Positions 11,001 through 21,620 of a stretch of 64,000 nt of DNA are shown here, piece by piece (within the stretch, counting starts at the first letter, position 1; each line of letters begins with the position of its first letter). The position numbers and the translations under genes are program-made. Source of the DNA: a virus (taxonomy: Duplodnaviria > Caudoviricetes); IMG/VR virus record IMGVR_UViG_3300000756_000009, positions 17,465-81,464 of that record. One strand, 5' to 3'. The notes beneath the pieces were generated by a model, which was not told the origin of the DNA, did no database searches, and saw only the letters and a program-made list of their open reading frames with translations.

Positions 11001-14000
11001 GCAAAAGCCGGTTTTATTCCTGCAGTTGATGAAATGAAAATGTTTTTAGAAACTGGAGATAGCAAATATTTAAAAACATTTTATAATCAAAAAGGAGAGC
11101 AACTATCTGCTTATGATAAGCAAGATCTAGAAGATATTCAAGCATTGCTAAATGACTATGAACAAACTAGACCTGATAAAAAAGTAGAAGAAGTTAAAGA
11201 TGAGGAAGAAGTAGCAGAAGAAGGTAGATCTAATGTAGATGATATATTAGGTAATATAAATATTGAAGTATCAGTTAAAGATTCAGTTGTATTAGATAAT
11301 ACAATGAAAAAAGCTTATGCTAAATATGCAGCTAAACAAACCGCAGCTGGTAAAAAACCAATTACTTTAGATAAATGGATCAATAGTGAAGATGGTAAAA
11401 ATCATAGAACAGCATTTATTGCTGTTAAGAAAATCTGGATTGACAATGATACATTGATAAATCCAAATAATCCACTTACTGAAGCAGAAATTCAAAGTGA
11501 ATCTAAATTAATACCATGGTTGCAAAGTCAAGAAGGTAAAACAAATGATTTAGTACAGAATGTTGTTAATGCATTAGGATTAACAATTGATGATGTTACA
11601 GGTCAAACAGAGTTATTGCCTAGTGAAGGTGAAGCTGTTGAAGGTAACAAGAATATAACAATAGTTAAAAAAGGTAATGCTGTTTCATTAATTGAATTAA
11701 AGACTGTTGACTCAGAAGGAAATATAAGCACTTCATACCAACTGGTTGATCAATATAAGCAACCATTAGATGAAGAAACATTAAATAGATTTGGTGTTCC
11801 TGCATTTGGTATTTTTATTGAGGGTGACAAAGTTAAAGCATTATCTATACAAAAAGCTATTGATGGTGCAGCACCGGATATTACTCCATTTATTTTTGAT
11901 GATGTACAGTTAAACTATGGTCAACTTGTATATGATCAAACAGGAAAAGAATTTATTGTAGTAAGTCAACCAAAACAAATTGGCACTGAACGCAAATTAT
12001 TATTAGTACCATCTGATGAAATTAGTCCTTCAATAGAAGAAACTAAAAAAGCTACAATACCCGTTAAACCTGGTGAATTTAAAGCATCATTTAGTATTCA
12101 AGATCTAGATCTTAAAGTACTACCACAAAGTGTTAGTAGATTGAATATAAATGAACCTATTCAACCTTATGCATACAGAAATAAAGATGCTGTTACTAAC
12201 CAATGGTTAGAAAGTCAGGAACAAGCAACTGCAAGATATAACTTAGTTATGTCAGTATTGTCTCCTGAAGATTTAAATGGATTAGAATTAGTTGTTACAT
12301 TAGATCCTGAAGGTGGATTAAACAATGGGTATTTAATTATTCCTGGTTTTAAAGAAGCAAATCCATATATTCAAACAATAACTGCAAAATACTCTGTAGG
12401 AATTAGAACTTCTAATCCTATTGTACAAGCTAAGATTGATGCTGCTATTGAAAAGAATGGTTTAAATAAAAGCAATGCATCAAATGGTGTTTTTGGTTTT
12501 ATGCAAAATACCAATTTTACAATTACTAATTCTCAAGGTACTGTTATTAATCCAGCTACCATGACTACAGATGAATATAAAAATATAATTTATACTCCTG
12601 CAGGAATGGAAGTAAGTCTTGAAGAAGATTTAAAACGTGCTCAAAATAACTTTGCTTTAAATAATTTATTGAGTTCTGTATTACCTGAGTTAGTAGCAAA
12701 TAATCCTGATGGAGTTATTGCACTTTCTAAATTGCCAAATGGTTTATCTTTTATTTCTAAACCAGGGGTAACAATGTATGATAAATCTCCAAAGCCATTA
12801 GCAGATTTACAATTTAGTGCTGCTGATGAAAATGGTAATTATTTAATCTATCAATTAGAAAATAACAAAGGGGGAGCAAGAACTAAAGTTGCTATATCTA
12901 ATCTTGAAGGTGAAGAAAGAAGACAATTAATAGATAGAGTTGAAGAGAGTTTAACCAAACAAGGATTGTTAGATGGTATTACAAGTTTAACTGATGCTTA
13001 TGTTGCTGTTGTATTATTACCTGATGGAACATATGCCTTAGCAAATTTAAAGGCTAAGTCTATTGATTTGAATGCTAAATTTCTTGAATTAATAAATAGA
13101 GCTGAAACAACTCTATCTGATAATCCTGAAGCTAATGCTGAAAAATTTGATAAAAGATTTAACGTTGACTATAATAAAGGACTAAGAAGTGAATTATTTA
13201 TTAGTGCTAAACCAGGATATAGACTTTCTTTACAAGTAAGTCCATGGGGTAAAATTGAATTAGAAATTTCTGACTCAAACAATAAGCAAATAGGTATAGT
13301 TAGATTAAATAAATCTGAGATTTCAAATAAAGATTTATCAGTTGATGATAAACTTAAATTACTATTAGATAAATTTAATGAATTACCTGGAGTAGTTGCT
13401 GCTGATGTAAATCTTACAGCTGCAAACTTTAGAGCTTCATACTCTAGAGAAGCGGGTGTTCAAGAGATACTTGATAAGACAACTACACAAGTTGCTCCAC
13501 AAGTAGTATCTAATAATGCAATTCAATTGTCTGCAGATTCTTCTGCTATTCAAGCTGCTAAAAATATTCCTGTAGTTCAACAAAGTGCGTTTGTTGCATC
13601 AGAAGAAGTTTTAGATGTAGTTACTGATGAAGTATATAATAATTTTATAGATAATAATATTGTACCAGATAATATTCTTAATAATATTGCAGATAAAGTA
13701 ATTAAACGTATAGATTTATCAGAAAAAGAAATAGCAATATTTAATGGAAAGACATCTGAAATAAATGATATAATTAAAGATATTGCATCCAATGAAGTAA
13801 CTCCAGAAGAAGTTGCAGATACATTTGATACAGATAGTATAAATCCTGAAGACATTAATATAGATGATACTAATTTATTAAGAAATTCTATTAGATTAAG
13901 TATTCTAGAAAGTATTAAACAAGAACTAGAAACGCTTAAAGCAGAACTTACTAAAGGATTAACTGGAGCAGCTAAAATTAAAGCTGTAAAAGAAAGTAAA

Positions 14001-17000
14001 AAGTATCAAGATCTTTTAGATAACAGAAAAAGATTAGAAAAAGAAGCTAATAAGATAGTTTCTATTGAAGATGCTATTGCTGATGCTGAAGACATTGATG
14101 TATTTACAGCATGGGCTTCAGGAAATCTTCCAGATTTTATTACAATAGATGATATTGAAAGACTAGGTAATAATCTTAAAGCTGGAGGAGTACGTGTTGG
14201 TGCATTTGTATTAAACCTTAATAATATTGGTGGAGGATTAACTGTTAATGGTACATTGTTTACTGGAGCTAAATCTCCGTTTAAATATCATGAAGCATTC
14301 CACGGTGTATTCAGAATGTTATTATCTGATACTGAAATTAAAAAATATTTAGCAATTGCTAGAAAAGAAGTAAGGGCAAAACTAAGAGCAGAAGGTAAAA
14401 GCTTTAAAGCCGAATTAGAAAGATTCAAAAATTCAGCTAATACTTATTCTGATATGAGTCCTGAAAGATTAGAACAAGAATACTATGAAGAATATTTAGC
14501 TGATGAATTTGAAAAATTTAAAGCAAACGCAAAGTCAACTCAGACAGATTCTACTGTCAAGTCTTTATTCACTAGAATTATGGAGTGGATTAAGTCTGTA
14601 TTCAAATCCTTTACTAAGAATGAATTACTTACTTTATTTGAAAACATTGATTCTGGCAAGTTTAAAAATGCGTCAATAAATTCAAATCAGTTTGTTACTA
14701 GTTTAATGACTGGTGTATCATTAGAAGCAAATGCTTTATTACCATATGATACAGAACAGAATGCCAACAATAAAGTTGGGTACTATTTCTTAGATAGTGC
14801 TATTGCTGAACCTTTAGTTTCAAGTATAGCTGCTATGTATATACAAGAAATTGCAAAAGTAAAAGATCCAAATGTTAAACGCGGGGACATACTTGAAAAC
14901 GTTATAGATGATTTTGCTGCTTTATATGATGAAGAAACTGAAGCAAATCAAAAACTTTCAGATGAACAGAAAAAATTCTTACCTCAAATAAGTGAAGTAT
15001 TTTATAATTTCTCTGATGAACTAAAGGCTGAAGTATACAAAGTATTAAACATTATAACTAAACAAACTCAAGAAGAAGAATATAACAATGAGTATTTTGA
15101 GGAGGAAGTTGGTTTAAGAAATGTAGAGCAATATAATATGGATGCTTCTATGATTGGTGGATTTGGTTCTTTATCTGAAGGATTAAGAAGTTACTTAGCT
15201 ACAACAACAATAGAGGAAACAGATTACTTTGGTAATAAAGAATTAAAGCCAGGAGTAAAACTAATTGTTCCAATTAACTTTGTATCTGCTTATAATGGGT
15301 TATTAAAAGCTGTTAAGAATATTGATGATCCTAAAAAGATGTTACAGAACATGTACTTCTTTGGACTAGATAATCCTCAGACTGGTGCCGTTGTAACAAG
15401 ATTACTACAAGACTTTGGTATATCTGAAGAAACATTATTAGAGTCAGGTCCATTACCTACTAAGATTAAAAATGCTGCTTTATTTCAATCTGTTGTAAAA
15501 GGATTTACAACATTTAGAGTAGACTACTTATTTGTACAAAGAGATAATGCCGGTGCAGTATTAATTTATTCTGCTGCACAAAGAGATGATATTAATTCAC
15601 AACTAGAATCATGGTCTCAAGCTTGGGGACAAGCTGAAAAGAAAATTAAATCTGATGTTAAAGTTAAAAATGAAACTATCAAAACATTAGAAGATTTTGC
15701 AAGTTATTTAAAACCTAGTGATACAAAACTTACTGATCCAAAATTATCTGAGTTATCTTCTAAGTATTCACAAGATATTTTTAGACTTACAGGTATTAAA
15801 TTAAGTAAACAGTTTATTGCATTTAGTATTGCATCATCAAGAAATAATCCTACAGTTGCACAAGCAGCATTATTAAATGCTAATTCTGAACAAACACCTA
15901 TAAGCTATGGTGATATTCTTGAAATAAATAAATTAATTCAACAGGGTAATGACATCTTTAGTGAAGGAAAAGATGGAGCTGATTCTAGACTTAGAACATT
16001 AGCAATTCAAAATGCACCCTTTGATGAAACAATTGGAGCATCTGTATTTAAAAACCCTGAAGGTAACTTAGTATATGCACATCAATTACCAACGTATCAT
16101 TTAAAAAGAATACAAGAGTTAAATGACATGTCTGAACTAGAACGCCTTATTGAATCTGATCCTTACTTAGCAAATAACTTCTTATTGAATAGTGAGGCAT
16201 TTAGACAAATGTCTGCAGAAAATAGACAAAAGGTATTAAGAATAGCAGGAAGTAGTGTTGGTAAAATTAATAATACAGAAGAAGAACTTAATGATAAAAT
16301 ATCAGGTGTATCTAATAAATCAACTTATGGTAATTATACACCACAAGAATTTGCACTAAGTATAATTAATACTTACACCGCTTTATTAAATACTAAAAGT
16401 AACAAGGTTGATTATGTAGAATATTATGATAATATACTTGAGAAAAATGTTAAGTCTGCATTAGCACCAGTATTGCTAAGAGTATTAGAAGCATCAAATA
16501 CAGGAGATTTAATGTATATGCCTGTAATTAAAGCAGTTAAGTTTAATAAACCGGGTGGTAAAGTTGTATTAACTGATGAAGTTATTGATGCATTTGTTAA
16601 CAGAATTGAAACTGAGTATGATAGAATTAGAAGAGAGTCAAATCCTGAAACTAAAACTGAAGAAACTCAACTTGGTTACAACACTGATAATGGTAGAGCA
16701 TTTCAATTAATAAATACTGGTTTATTACTTACTCCAGAACTAAAAAGTTCTTTAGAAGAAATTGCAAAACGTGAGGATGCACCTTCATTAAAAGATGCTT
16801 TAAAAGAATTAAATGTAACTAATAATGCTTTTAGAACTGTTGTTAATACACAGTTAGAAAGTCAATATGATGTATTCTCTAAAGGTTTGGTAGATTTAAA
16901 AATAGAAGAACAATTAGGTAAAAGTATAACAGAAGGTTTAGCTACTACAGAAAAAGCTGATCAAAACTTAATTGAGTCTGCAGAATTACTTAATCTTACT

Positions 17001-20000
17001 TATGATAAAGAATATAACTTAAAACAAATATTCTTTAATGACTGGATAAATACAGCATCTATAAATGATGTTCTTTTGGGTGACCAAGCTGTAACATTAA
17101 AAGATGGAGTTGATGCCGTTAAAAGAGCTAAGATGCAGAATGCTGCATACTATAGTGCGTATACTTCTATATCTGCAGAAGATTTAGGTGTAATGCATAC
17201 TGTTGATGATATTAGTTTGGTTTCTTTAGAAGAACCGGTGGGTATTTCTGCTTTAACAGGGAAGAATATTGATAGATCAGATGCTCAGATGTGGATGACT
17301 ACAAAAGCATTTAGATATATGTGGTTTGGATTTGGTAAACTTAATCCTGCTCAGGCAAAACTTATTGATAGGATTGAAGCTGGTGAAGATATATCTTCTG
17401 AAGAGTTATTTGGTCAAGATGGTTATGTTGATATGGGAAGCATGCTTAACTCTAAAAAGTTAGTATATGGTGATGGTAAAACATTTATCAAGATGTCTGC
17501 TTTTGTATTGACCCCACAACTTACATCTAATAAAGTAGTAGATGAAAATGGAAATGTAACTTTTGTAGCTAAAGAAAATAAAGTTGACTTACATAATTTA
17601 AGAGTTAAACTTGAAGCTATTGAGAAAACTAAAGATACAATTAGTATAGCCGCACCATTAAGTGCACTTAAAATGTTAAAGCAACGTGTAAATCCACTTA
17701 GTGATTTGGGTAATACTAACTCATTTACAAATGGACATACTACATTAAGTGCAAAATACATGGGTCTCCAAGTATTAACACCATCAAATAAGACAGAAGT
17801 TATTGATCCAACACAAGTAAAGAACATTGTTACTTCTGAACAAAAAGATAGTGTATATGTAGAAGCTTTAGGAATGACAGTAGGTCAAATCAGAACTGCA
17901 TACAATCTTGCTACTTCTGCTAAAGTTGAATTAAAATATAAAAACAAAAGAAACTTAATTTTTAGTTTTGAAAAAGGAATGCAAGAACTTGCAATCTCCA
18001 AACAAAACAACAAAATAACTCCAAACTTAATGGCATTCTTAAGATATGCTACTGAGGGTCTTAAAGCATCTCAAGCAAGTAGTAACTTGTTAGAGTTCTT
18101 TTCAATTCAAGATGGAGAACAAAAATATGATTTAAATAATCCTATTACATTAAATAAATTTGAACAGTTGTTCTTAAGTTATTTAAGTAAAGGAGTACTT
18201 GCAGAAAAAGCACCAGGTCATGCTGTAGCTTTAGTATCTGATTTTGGTACCAAAGTTTATAGAAGAGTATTTAGTGTAGACGAAAATGGTGTGCCAGATA
18301 GATCTGAGATCATTAGAGAAAATGTTTGGAATAATATGGCCAACAAACCTACATTAGGTGAGTATGATACATTATCAGTTACACTTAAAGATAACAAAGA
18401 AGGTGTAGTTATCCTTGACCGTTTAAGAGCTGGTGTAAAAGAATATGATAAAGACGGTAAGTTCACAGGTGAAAGATATACTGAGATGCTTATGCCGGCT
18501 CACTTTAAATCTATAATGGATTTAGTTGAGAATACTGATTCAGCTTTCCCTGATATATTATCAAAAATGTTTGCTGTACGTATTCCATCTCAAGATAATC
18601 ACTCAACAATAAATGTTAAACATGTTGACTTTTTACCTGCATTCTATGGTTCATCTGCAATGTTTGCTCAAGAACTTATTGAGATATCAGGAGCGGATTT
18701 TGATATTGATAAAGTTTACATGCAAATTAAAGAGTTCTATGAAGACAAGGGTAAATTCTATGAGTATGGTAAACAAACTACAGATGAAGGTAAATATACA
18801 GATTACTTAAAGTATGTATCTGAAAAAGTTAAAGTGCCGGGAACAACTTATGCTGAAGCATTAGAAATGTATAAAAATGATTTCCAAGCTGCAAGTATAG
18901 AAAATTCTGTAACAGATATAGAAGAAGAAATAGCTTCAGATGCGGGATTATCAGAAGATGGTATCAAAGCTTTACAAATTTTAGGATTACCTATTACAAA
19001 AGAGCAGTACTTAGAATATAAAAAGAAATTCCGTGAGCCATATGAAGCTCCAATGAATAATGCAATACTAGATTACAAATATGCCTTAATGGGTAATACA
19101 GGTGTAACAGAAACAACAAATGCAAATGAAACACCAATTTCATATACAGCTGCTAGTTTACAGATATTACAAGATTCATTAAAAGAATTAGAAGAAGTAT
19201 TACCGGGATTACTTGAACGTTCAAGAGAAGATAATATTGATATCAATAATATTATTGGTAAAATTAAAGCATTCACAAATAACAAAGGTGCTGCTATTGG
19301 TGCAATTGTATTACCTAACTTATACTTAAGTTTATTAACTGAGTATGGTATCACAATAAATGATAAGGGGCCAAAGATTAGTGTTAATGGTATAACTTAT
19401 GATGACTTTGGAGTAACTAGAGAACAACTAGCAAATGGTTTACAAGGATTACGTAAACAAGATATTATTTCATCATTGATTACAATGGCTACAGATAATG
19501 CTAAAGAACGTCTTGTTGCTAAACTTGGTTTAAATAGACATGCTCTTGGTGTAGTAGCTAATTTAACTGCCCTGGGTGTACCTATTAAAACATCTTTATT
19601 GTTGATCAACAATCCAATGATACAAGATATATATTCTGAAGCACTAAACAAAAAAGATAAATTAGATCCTGGTGTTACTCAATTAACTAAAAATAAAATA
19701 TTAAATTTATTAGTAGAACAAAAAGTTATTGTAGAAGATCAACTTAAACAAGAATTAGATGAATTAGGAATTGATTATAAATCATATGGATCTATTACTG
19801 ATAACTTTTTAATAGATGCTTTTAACAATCCACAAGAAGTTACAAGCAAAGAAAAGATTGCAATGTTAACTTTATTTTTAGATGCTGTAAAAGTTAAAGA
19901 TTTTACAAGTAACATGTCAGCTATTGCAGGTTTAACAAATGGTTTGGGTAAAGATATTTCAGCAGTAAATGAAAAAGTTTTACAGATTGATAAACTATTT

Positions 20001-21614
20001 GATGAAAAAGCAATGATGAATCTTAAGCCAATATATAAAAGCAAAACTTGGCAATCAAAATATCTTGAAATATTTAATCAAATCAAAAATGAATTGTTAC
20101 CGGTTACATTTTTAACAGCAAGTAAAAACTTTCAATCAATTTTAAATGAAGTGTATGAAAATATAAATACTACTTCAAATGATTTTAATGAGGAAGTAAG
20201 ATCTAAGATATCAAAAGATTTATTATCATATTTAACAATTAAAGCATATCAGGAAAACAAATTAAAAAATGATTCACAATCTGTGGCTACTTTAAGTAAT
20301 GAATTGATCTATCCTGGAGGAGATTATTTATCAATTAATGATATTATTGATAGATTACGTACTACAGAAGCAGGTCAAAATAATTTCTTTTTAGATAACT
20401 TTGCAATAAGTCAAAAAGCAAGTGACTCTGATAATCAAAGTGGTTTGAATTTAGTTAATGCTAATACATTCAGAAGTTTAAATGCTGGACAGAAAGTAGA
20501 TTTACAAAATTCATTTGCTAAACTATATGGTTCTTTAGAAACTAAGAATGATGCTTTATCTATAATTAACTACATAATGGTTAAAGATGGATTACAATTG
20601 GGATACCAGTCTTTATTAGAAGCTGTTAGTCCTTTTGTAATGGATGGATATCTAAGTCAAATTGAAACAGCAAATGCTGCATTAAGAAGTGATGATGAGG
20701 CAAAGGTTAAAGAAGTCTTTGGTTTAAACACTGAAGAATTAAAATCTGACTTTGTTAATAATTATTTGTTATCAAATATAAGTGGTCCTTTATTATATAC
20801 ATTCAATGAGAAAGCTATAAATAAAGCAATTACTATTAAAAGAGAAAACAATATTCCAAATGAAGTTAAAATTGATTGGAATAAAATTAATGGTGGTGTT
20901 CCTAAACGTTTTATCAGATTAAAAGGTAAAGATACATATGGTAATTTATTTTATAAAACTTTTATATCTATATCAGAACCTAAGTTAACAACTCAAATTT
21001 ATAATGTAATAGAAACAAAAGGTTCTAATCAACAAAATCCAATTGGATTTATGTTTGGTGAAAGACCTACATATAAAGCTGTAAGACAGTCAATTAAAAC
21101 TAAAAACGCAACTACAACTCAAGATGCATATGTGGACAGTATAAACTTTGAAGGAGAAGAAAACTATGCTCTATCAAAAGATGAAATGATTCAGCTGGGT
21201 GCTTTGAAAGATGAGAATGCTGACATTGAAGCAAATGAGTTTGGTGTTAACATTAATGGTAACAACATTGCTAACATAAGTGCAATGGAGGCATTGCTTA
21301 CTGCTGAACCAAAAGAAAAAGCAGAGACGGTTGAGTCAGACATTACTGAAATTGGTGAAGCAATAACACTTGGTGATTCAATAAGTGATCTTGAAAGAGA
21401 ATTGTATGATGAATTTGAAGCTGAAATGAAAAATGATTATTCTACAATTGAGAATTTCTGGGATGCTAACATTCAAAAAAACTCAGAAGCTAAAGAAAAC
21501 CTAAGACTAAATAATAATGTATTATCTTTGGAAGATCTTATAGATATGTATAATAATGGTATCTATAAAAATCAAGAAGAATTTATTGAACAAATAAAAC
21601 AATGTAATTTATAA
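8016..21614 (+). CDS. Giant virion-packaged DNA-dependent RNA polymerase polyprotein (crAss-like, phi14:2 gp66 family) with a zincin-like domain
   Basis: 4532-aa ORF. GADFDIDK catalytic-type motif at 18696-18710 (aa 3561-3565), preceded by RIPSQDNHS. HEAFH...EEYLADEF zincin motif at 14289-14510. Confidence 0.85.
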   Translation: MENPIENNSLNQTILNNQVTESVIPKDNSFQPVMDMFDSEENNVLMSRIDLAQLQQLDALKPMIDSTGIRSNGNAAARRPTLSSNTFDPVLQQNPPNLKEPGGIERSIEQSLNEAFQESQGNIKPGTGVAAPAFASMVQSNFKRYYEHPEFQKLGWKPYADNEAYYNANSTIYDDMSRMWGQFGSLVGTGFVGGYRDIGDMFSGESMVADLKSANEFEDAMAIGSSTRGGALGFTNNLLLNSAYTVGIISSIAVEELALAALEVGTFGGATPLVAGRSVLNAARLAELAKNVGKATSIGRMYSSGRTMMNTLKGIDAAKDFWTASKIGGKAFAGIFAPETIAAVNRLHTTEVVAQNLNNMAKASEYAGAFYRDARALNLALSESRLEGGMVYNQLIKDGMDIKFAENNGSPVTTEQVADIQNNAHKAAFATTMTNMPIIYITNKLVLGNSLGGFNKSLGRIFNEQAKGIGSRIIKTAQTVGKDGVKSLSPFKDAGTGLKGLATTLGNAGVKGNLSKLGQGSLRYFAANLGEGIQELSQEAISAGTKNYYTSVLKDPMNGGSELFNASVNAGIGQQFSSQGFETFMSGFLMGGIVSGPQKLFFQGVPALYQRVSNPEKYAQYKQNKEDYVKSVVDTYNAVWNEQAQDPNSIFDPKRYNFLLQKAAAQGKTLASIAYNQFDFIDETDFAKFQQIHTVLTTGGAALFQDQLTDYMKMSDEDLATAFPSSKADVKNGKIRERLQSMVNQIDKTEEVYSQSKDRNPNPFTPESYEKGSRQWTEETLKKIAFEHARYLYMFTQDGFTRALERSNSIYQNLAAEPLFEKMAASDLTVLLDQDSIDKEIQMLTEEAIILSGDKINETKVKEKTEKIERLSAFKNILLENQNKDGSFNKKKIGLLRKEFENYVKYMAQASGTFVNKDNIDAALKQIIDYTALKGRAKVYDKAIEYLNDPQKFDVIFQRTAEVLQEQYKNRKSIFEQQVRDYTEVIERTELANQIAKAGFIPAVDEMKMFLETGDSKYLKTFYNQKGEQLSAYDKQDLEDIQALLNDYEQTRPDKKVEEVKDEEEVAEEGRSNVDDILGNINIEVSVKDSVVLDNTMKKAYAKYAAKQTAAGKKPITLDKWINSEDGKNHRTAFIAVKKIWIDNDTLINPNNPLTEAEIQSESKLIPWLQSQEGKTNDLVQNVVNALGLTIDDVTGQTELLPSEGEAVEGNKNITIVKKGNAVSLIELKTVDSEGNISTSYQLVDQYKQPLDEETLNRFGVPAFGIFIEGDKVKALSIQKAIDGAAPDITPFIFDDVQLNYGQLVYDQTGKEFIVVSQPKQIGTERKLLLVPSDEISPSIEETKKATIPVKPGEFKASFSIQDLDLKVLPQSVSRLNINEPIQPYAYRNKDAVTNQWLESQEQATARYNLVMSVLSPEDLNGLELVVTLDPEGGLNNGYLIIPGFKEANPYIQTITAKYSVGIRTSNPIVQAKIDAAIEKNGLNKSNASNGVFGFMQNTNFTITNSQGTVINPATMTTDEYKNIIYTPAGMEVSLEEDLKRAQNNFALNNLLSSVLPELVANNPDGVIALSKLPNGLSFISKPGVTMYDKSPKPLADLQFSAADENGNYLIYQLENNKGGARTKVAISNLEGEERRQLIDRVEESLTKQGLLDGITSLTDAYVAVVLLPDGTYALANLKAKSIDLNAKFLELINRAETTLSDNPEANAEKFDKRFNVDYNKGLRSELFISAKPGYRLSLQVSPWGKIELEISDSNNKQIGIVRLNKSEISNKDLSVDDKLKLLLDKFNELPGVVAADVNLTAANFRASYSREAGVQEILDKTTTQVAPQVVSNNAIQLSADSSAIQAAKNIPVVQQSAFVASEEVLDVVTDEVYNNFIDNNIVPDNILNNIADKVIKRIDLSEKEIAIFNGKTSEINDIIKDIASNEVTPEEVADTFDTDSINPEDINIDDTNLLRNSIRLSILESIKQELETLKAELTKGLTGAAKIKAVKESKKYQDLLDNRKRLEKEANKIVSIEDAIADAEDIDVFTAWASGNLPDFITIDDIERLGNNLKAGGVRVGAFVLNLNNIGGGLTVNGTLFTGAKSPFKYHEAFHGVFRMLLSDTEIKKYLAIARKEVRAKLRAEGKSFKAELERFKNSANTYSDMSPERLEQEYYEEYLADEFEKFKANAKSTQTDSTVKSLFTRIMEWIKSVFKSFTKNELLTLFENIDSGKFKNASINSNQFVTSLMTGVSLEANALLPYDTEQNANNKVGYYFLDSAIAEPLVSSIAAMYIQEIAKVKDPNVKRGDILENVIDDFAALYDEETEANQKLSDEQKKFLPQISEVFYNFSDELKAEVYKVLNIITKQTQEEEYNNEYFEEEVGLRNVEQYNMDASMIGGFGSLSEGLRSYLATTTIEETDYFGNKELKPGVKLIVPINFVSAYNGLLKAVKNIDDPKKMLQNMYFFGLDNPQTGAVVTRLLQDFGISEETLLESGPLPTKIKNAALFQSVVKGFTTFRVDYLFVQRDNAGAVLIYSAAQRDDINSQLESWSQAWGQAEKKIKSDVKVKNETIKTLEDFASYLKPSDTKLTDPKLSELSSKYSQDIFRLTGIKLSKQFIAFSIASSRNNPTVAQAALLNANSEQTPISYGDILEINKLIQQGNDIFSEGKDGADSRLRTLAIQNAPFDETIGASVFKNPEGNLVYAHQLPTYHLKRIQELNDMSELERLIESDPYLANNFLLNSEAFRQMSAENRQKVLRIAGSSVGKINNTEEELNDKISGVSNKSTYGNYTPQEFALSIINTYTALLNTKSNKVDYVEYYDNILEKNVKSALAPVLLRVLEASNTGDLMYMPVIKAVKFNKPGGKVVLTDEVIDAFVNRIETEYDRIRRESNPETKTEETQLGYNTDNGRAFQLINTGLLLTPELKSSLEEIAKREDAPSLKDALKELNVTNNAFRTVVNTQLESQYDVFSKGLVDLKIEEQLGKSITEGLATTEKADQNLIESAELLNLTYDKEYNLKQIFFNDWINTASINDVLLGDQAVTLKDGVDAVKRAKMQNAAYYSAYTSISAEDLGVMHTVDDISLVSLEEPVGISALTGKNIDRSDAQMWMTTKAFRYMWFGFGKLNPAQAKLIDRIEAGEDISSEELFGQDGYVDMGSMLNSKKLVYGDGKTFIKMSAFVLTPQLTSNKVVDENGNVTFVAKENKVDLHNLRVKLEAIEKTKDTISIAAPLSALKMLKQRVNPLSDLGNTNSFTNGHTTLSAKYMGLQVLTPSNKTEVIDPTQVKNIVTSEQKDSVYVEALGMTVGQIRTAYNLATSAKVELKYKNKRNLIFSFEKGMQELAISKQNNKITPNLMAFLRYATEGLKASQASSNLLEFFSIQDGEQKYDLNNPITLNKFEQLFLSYLSKGVLAEKAPGHAVALVSDFGTKVYRRVFSVDENGVPDRSEIIRENVWNNMANKPTLGEYDTLSVTLKDNKEGVVILDRLRAGVKEYDKDGKFTGERYTEMLMPAHFKSIMDLVENTDSAFPDILSKMFAVRIPSQDNHSTINVKHVDFLPAFYGSSAMFAQELIEISGADFDIDKVYMQIKEFYEDKGKFYEYGKQTTDEGKYTDYLKYVSEKVKVPGTTYAEALEMYKNDFQAASIENSVTDIEEEIASDAGLSEDGIKALQILGLPITKEQYLEYKKKFREPYEAPMNNAILDYKYALMGNTGVTETTNANETPISYTAASLQILQDSLKELEEVLPGLLERSREDNIDINNIIGKIKAFTNNKGAAIGAIVLPNLYLSLLTEYGITINDKGPKISVNGITYDDFGVTREQLANGLQGLRKQDIISSLITMATDNAKERLVAKLGLNRHALGVVANLTALGVPIKTSLLLINNPMIQDIYSEALNKKDKLDPGVTQLTKNKILNLLVEQKVIVEDQLKQELDELGIDYKSYGSITDNFLIDAFNNPQEVTSKEKIAMLTLFLDAVKVKDFTSNMSAIAGLTNGLGKDISAVNEKVLQIDKLFDEKAMMNLKPIYKSKTWQSKYLEIFNQIKNELLPVTFLTASKNFQSILNEVYENINTTSNDFNEEVRSKISKDLLSYLTIKAYQENKLKNDSQSVATLSNELIYPGGDYLSINDIIDRLRTTEAGQNNFFLDNFAISQKASDSDNQSGLNLVNANTFRSLNAGQKVDLQNSFAKLYGSLETKNDALSIINYIMVKDGLQLGYQSLLEAVSPFVMDGYLSQIETANAALRSDDEAKVKEVFGLNTEELKSDFVNNYLLSNISGPLLYTFNEKAINKAITIKRENNIPNEVKIDWNKINGGVPKRFIRLKGKDTYGNLFYKTFISISEPKLTTQIYNVIETKGSNQQNPIGFMFGERPTYKAVRQSIKTKNATTTQDAYVDSINFEGEENYALSKDEMIQLGALKDENADIEANEFGVNINGNNIANISAMEALLTAEPKEKAETVESDITEIGEAITLGDSISDLERELYDEFEAEMKNDYSTIENFWDANIQKNSEAKENLRLNNNVLSLEDLIDMYNNGIYKNQEEFIEQIKQCNL

Positions 21615-21620
21615 TAAGCT

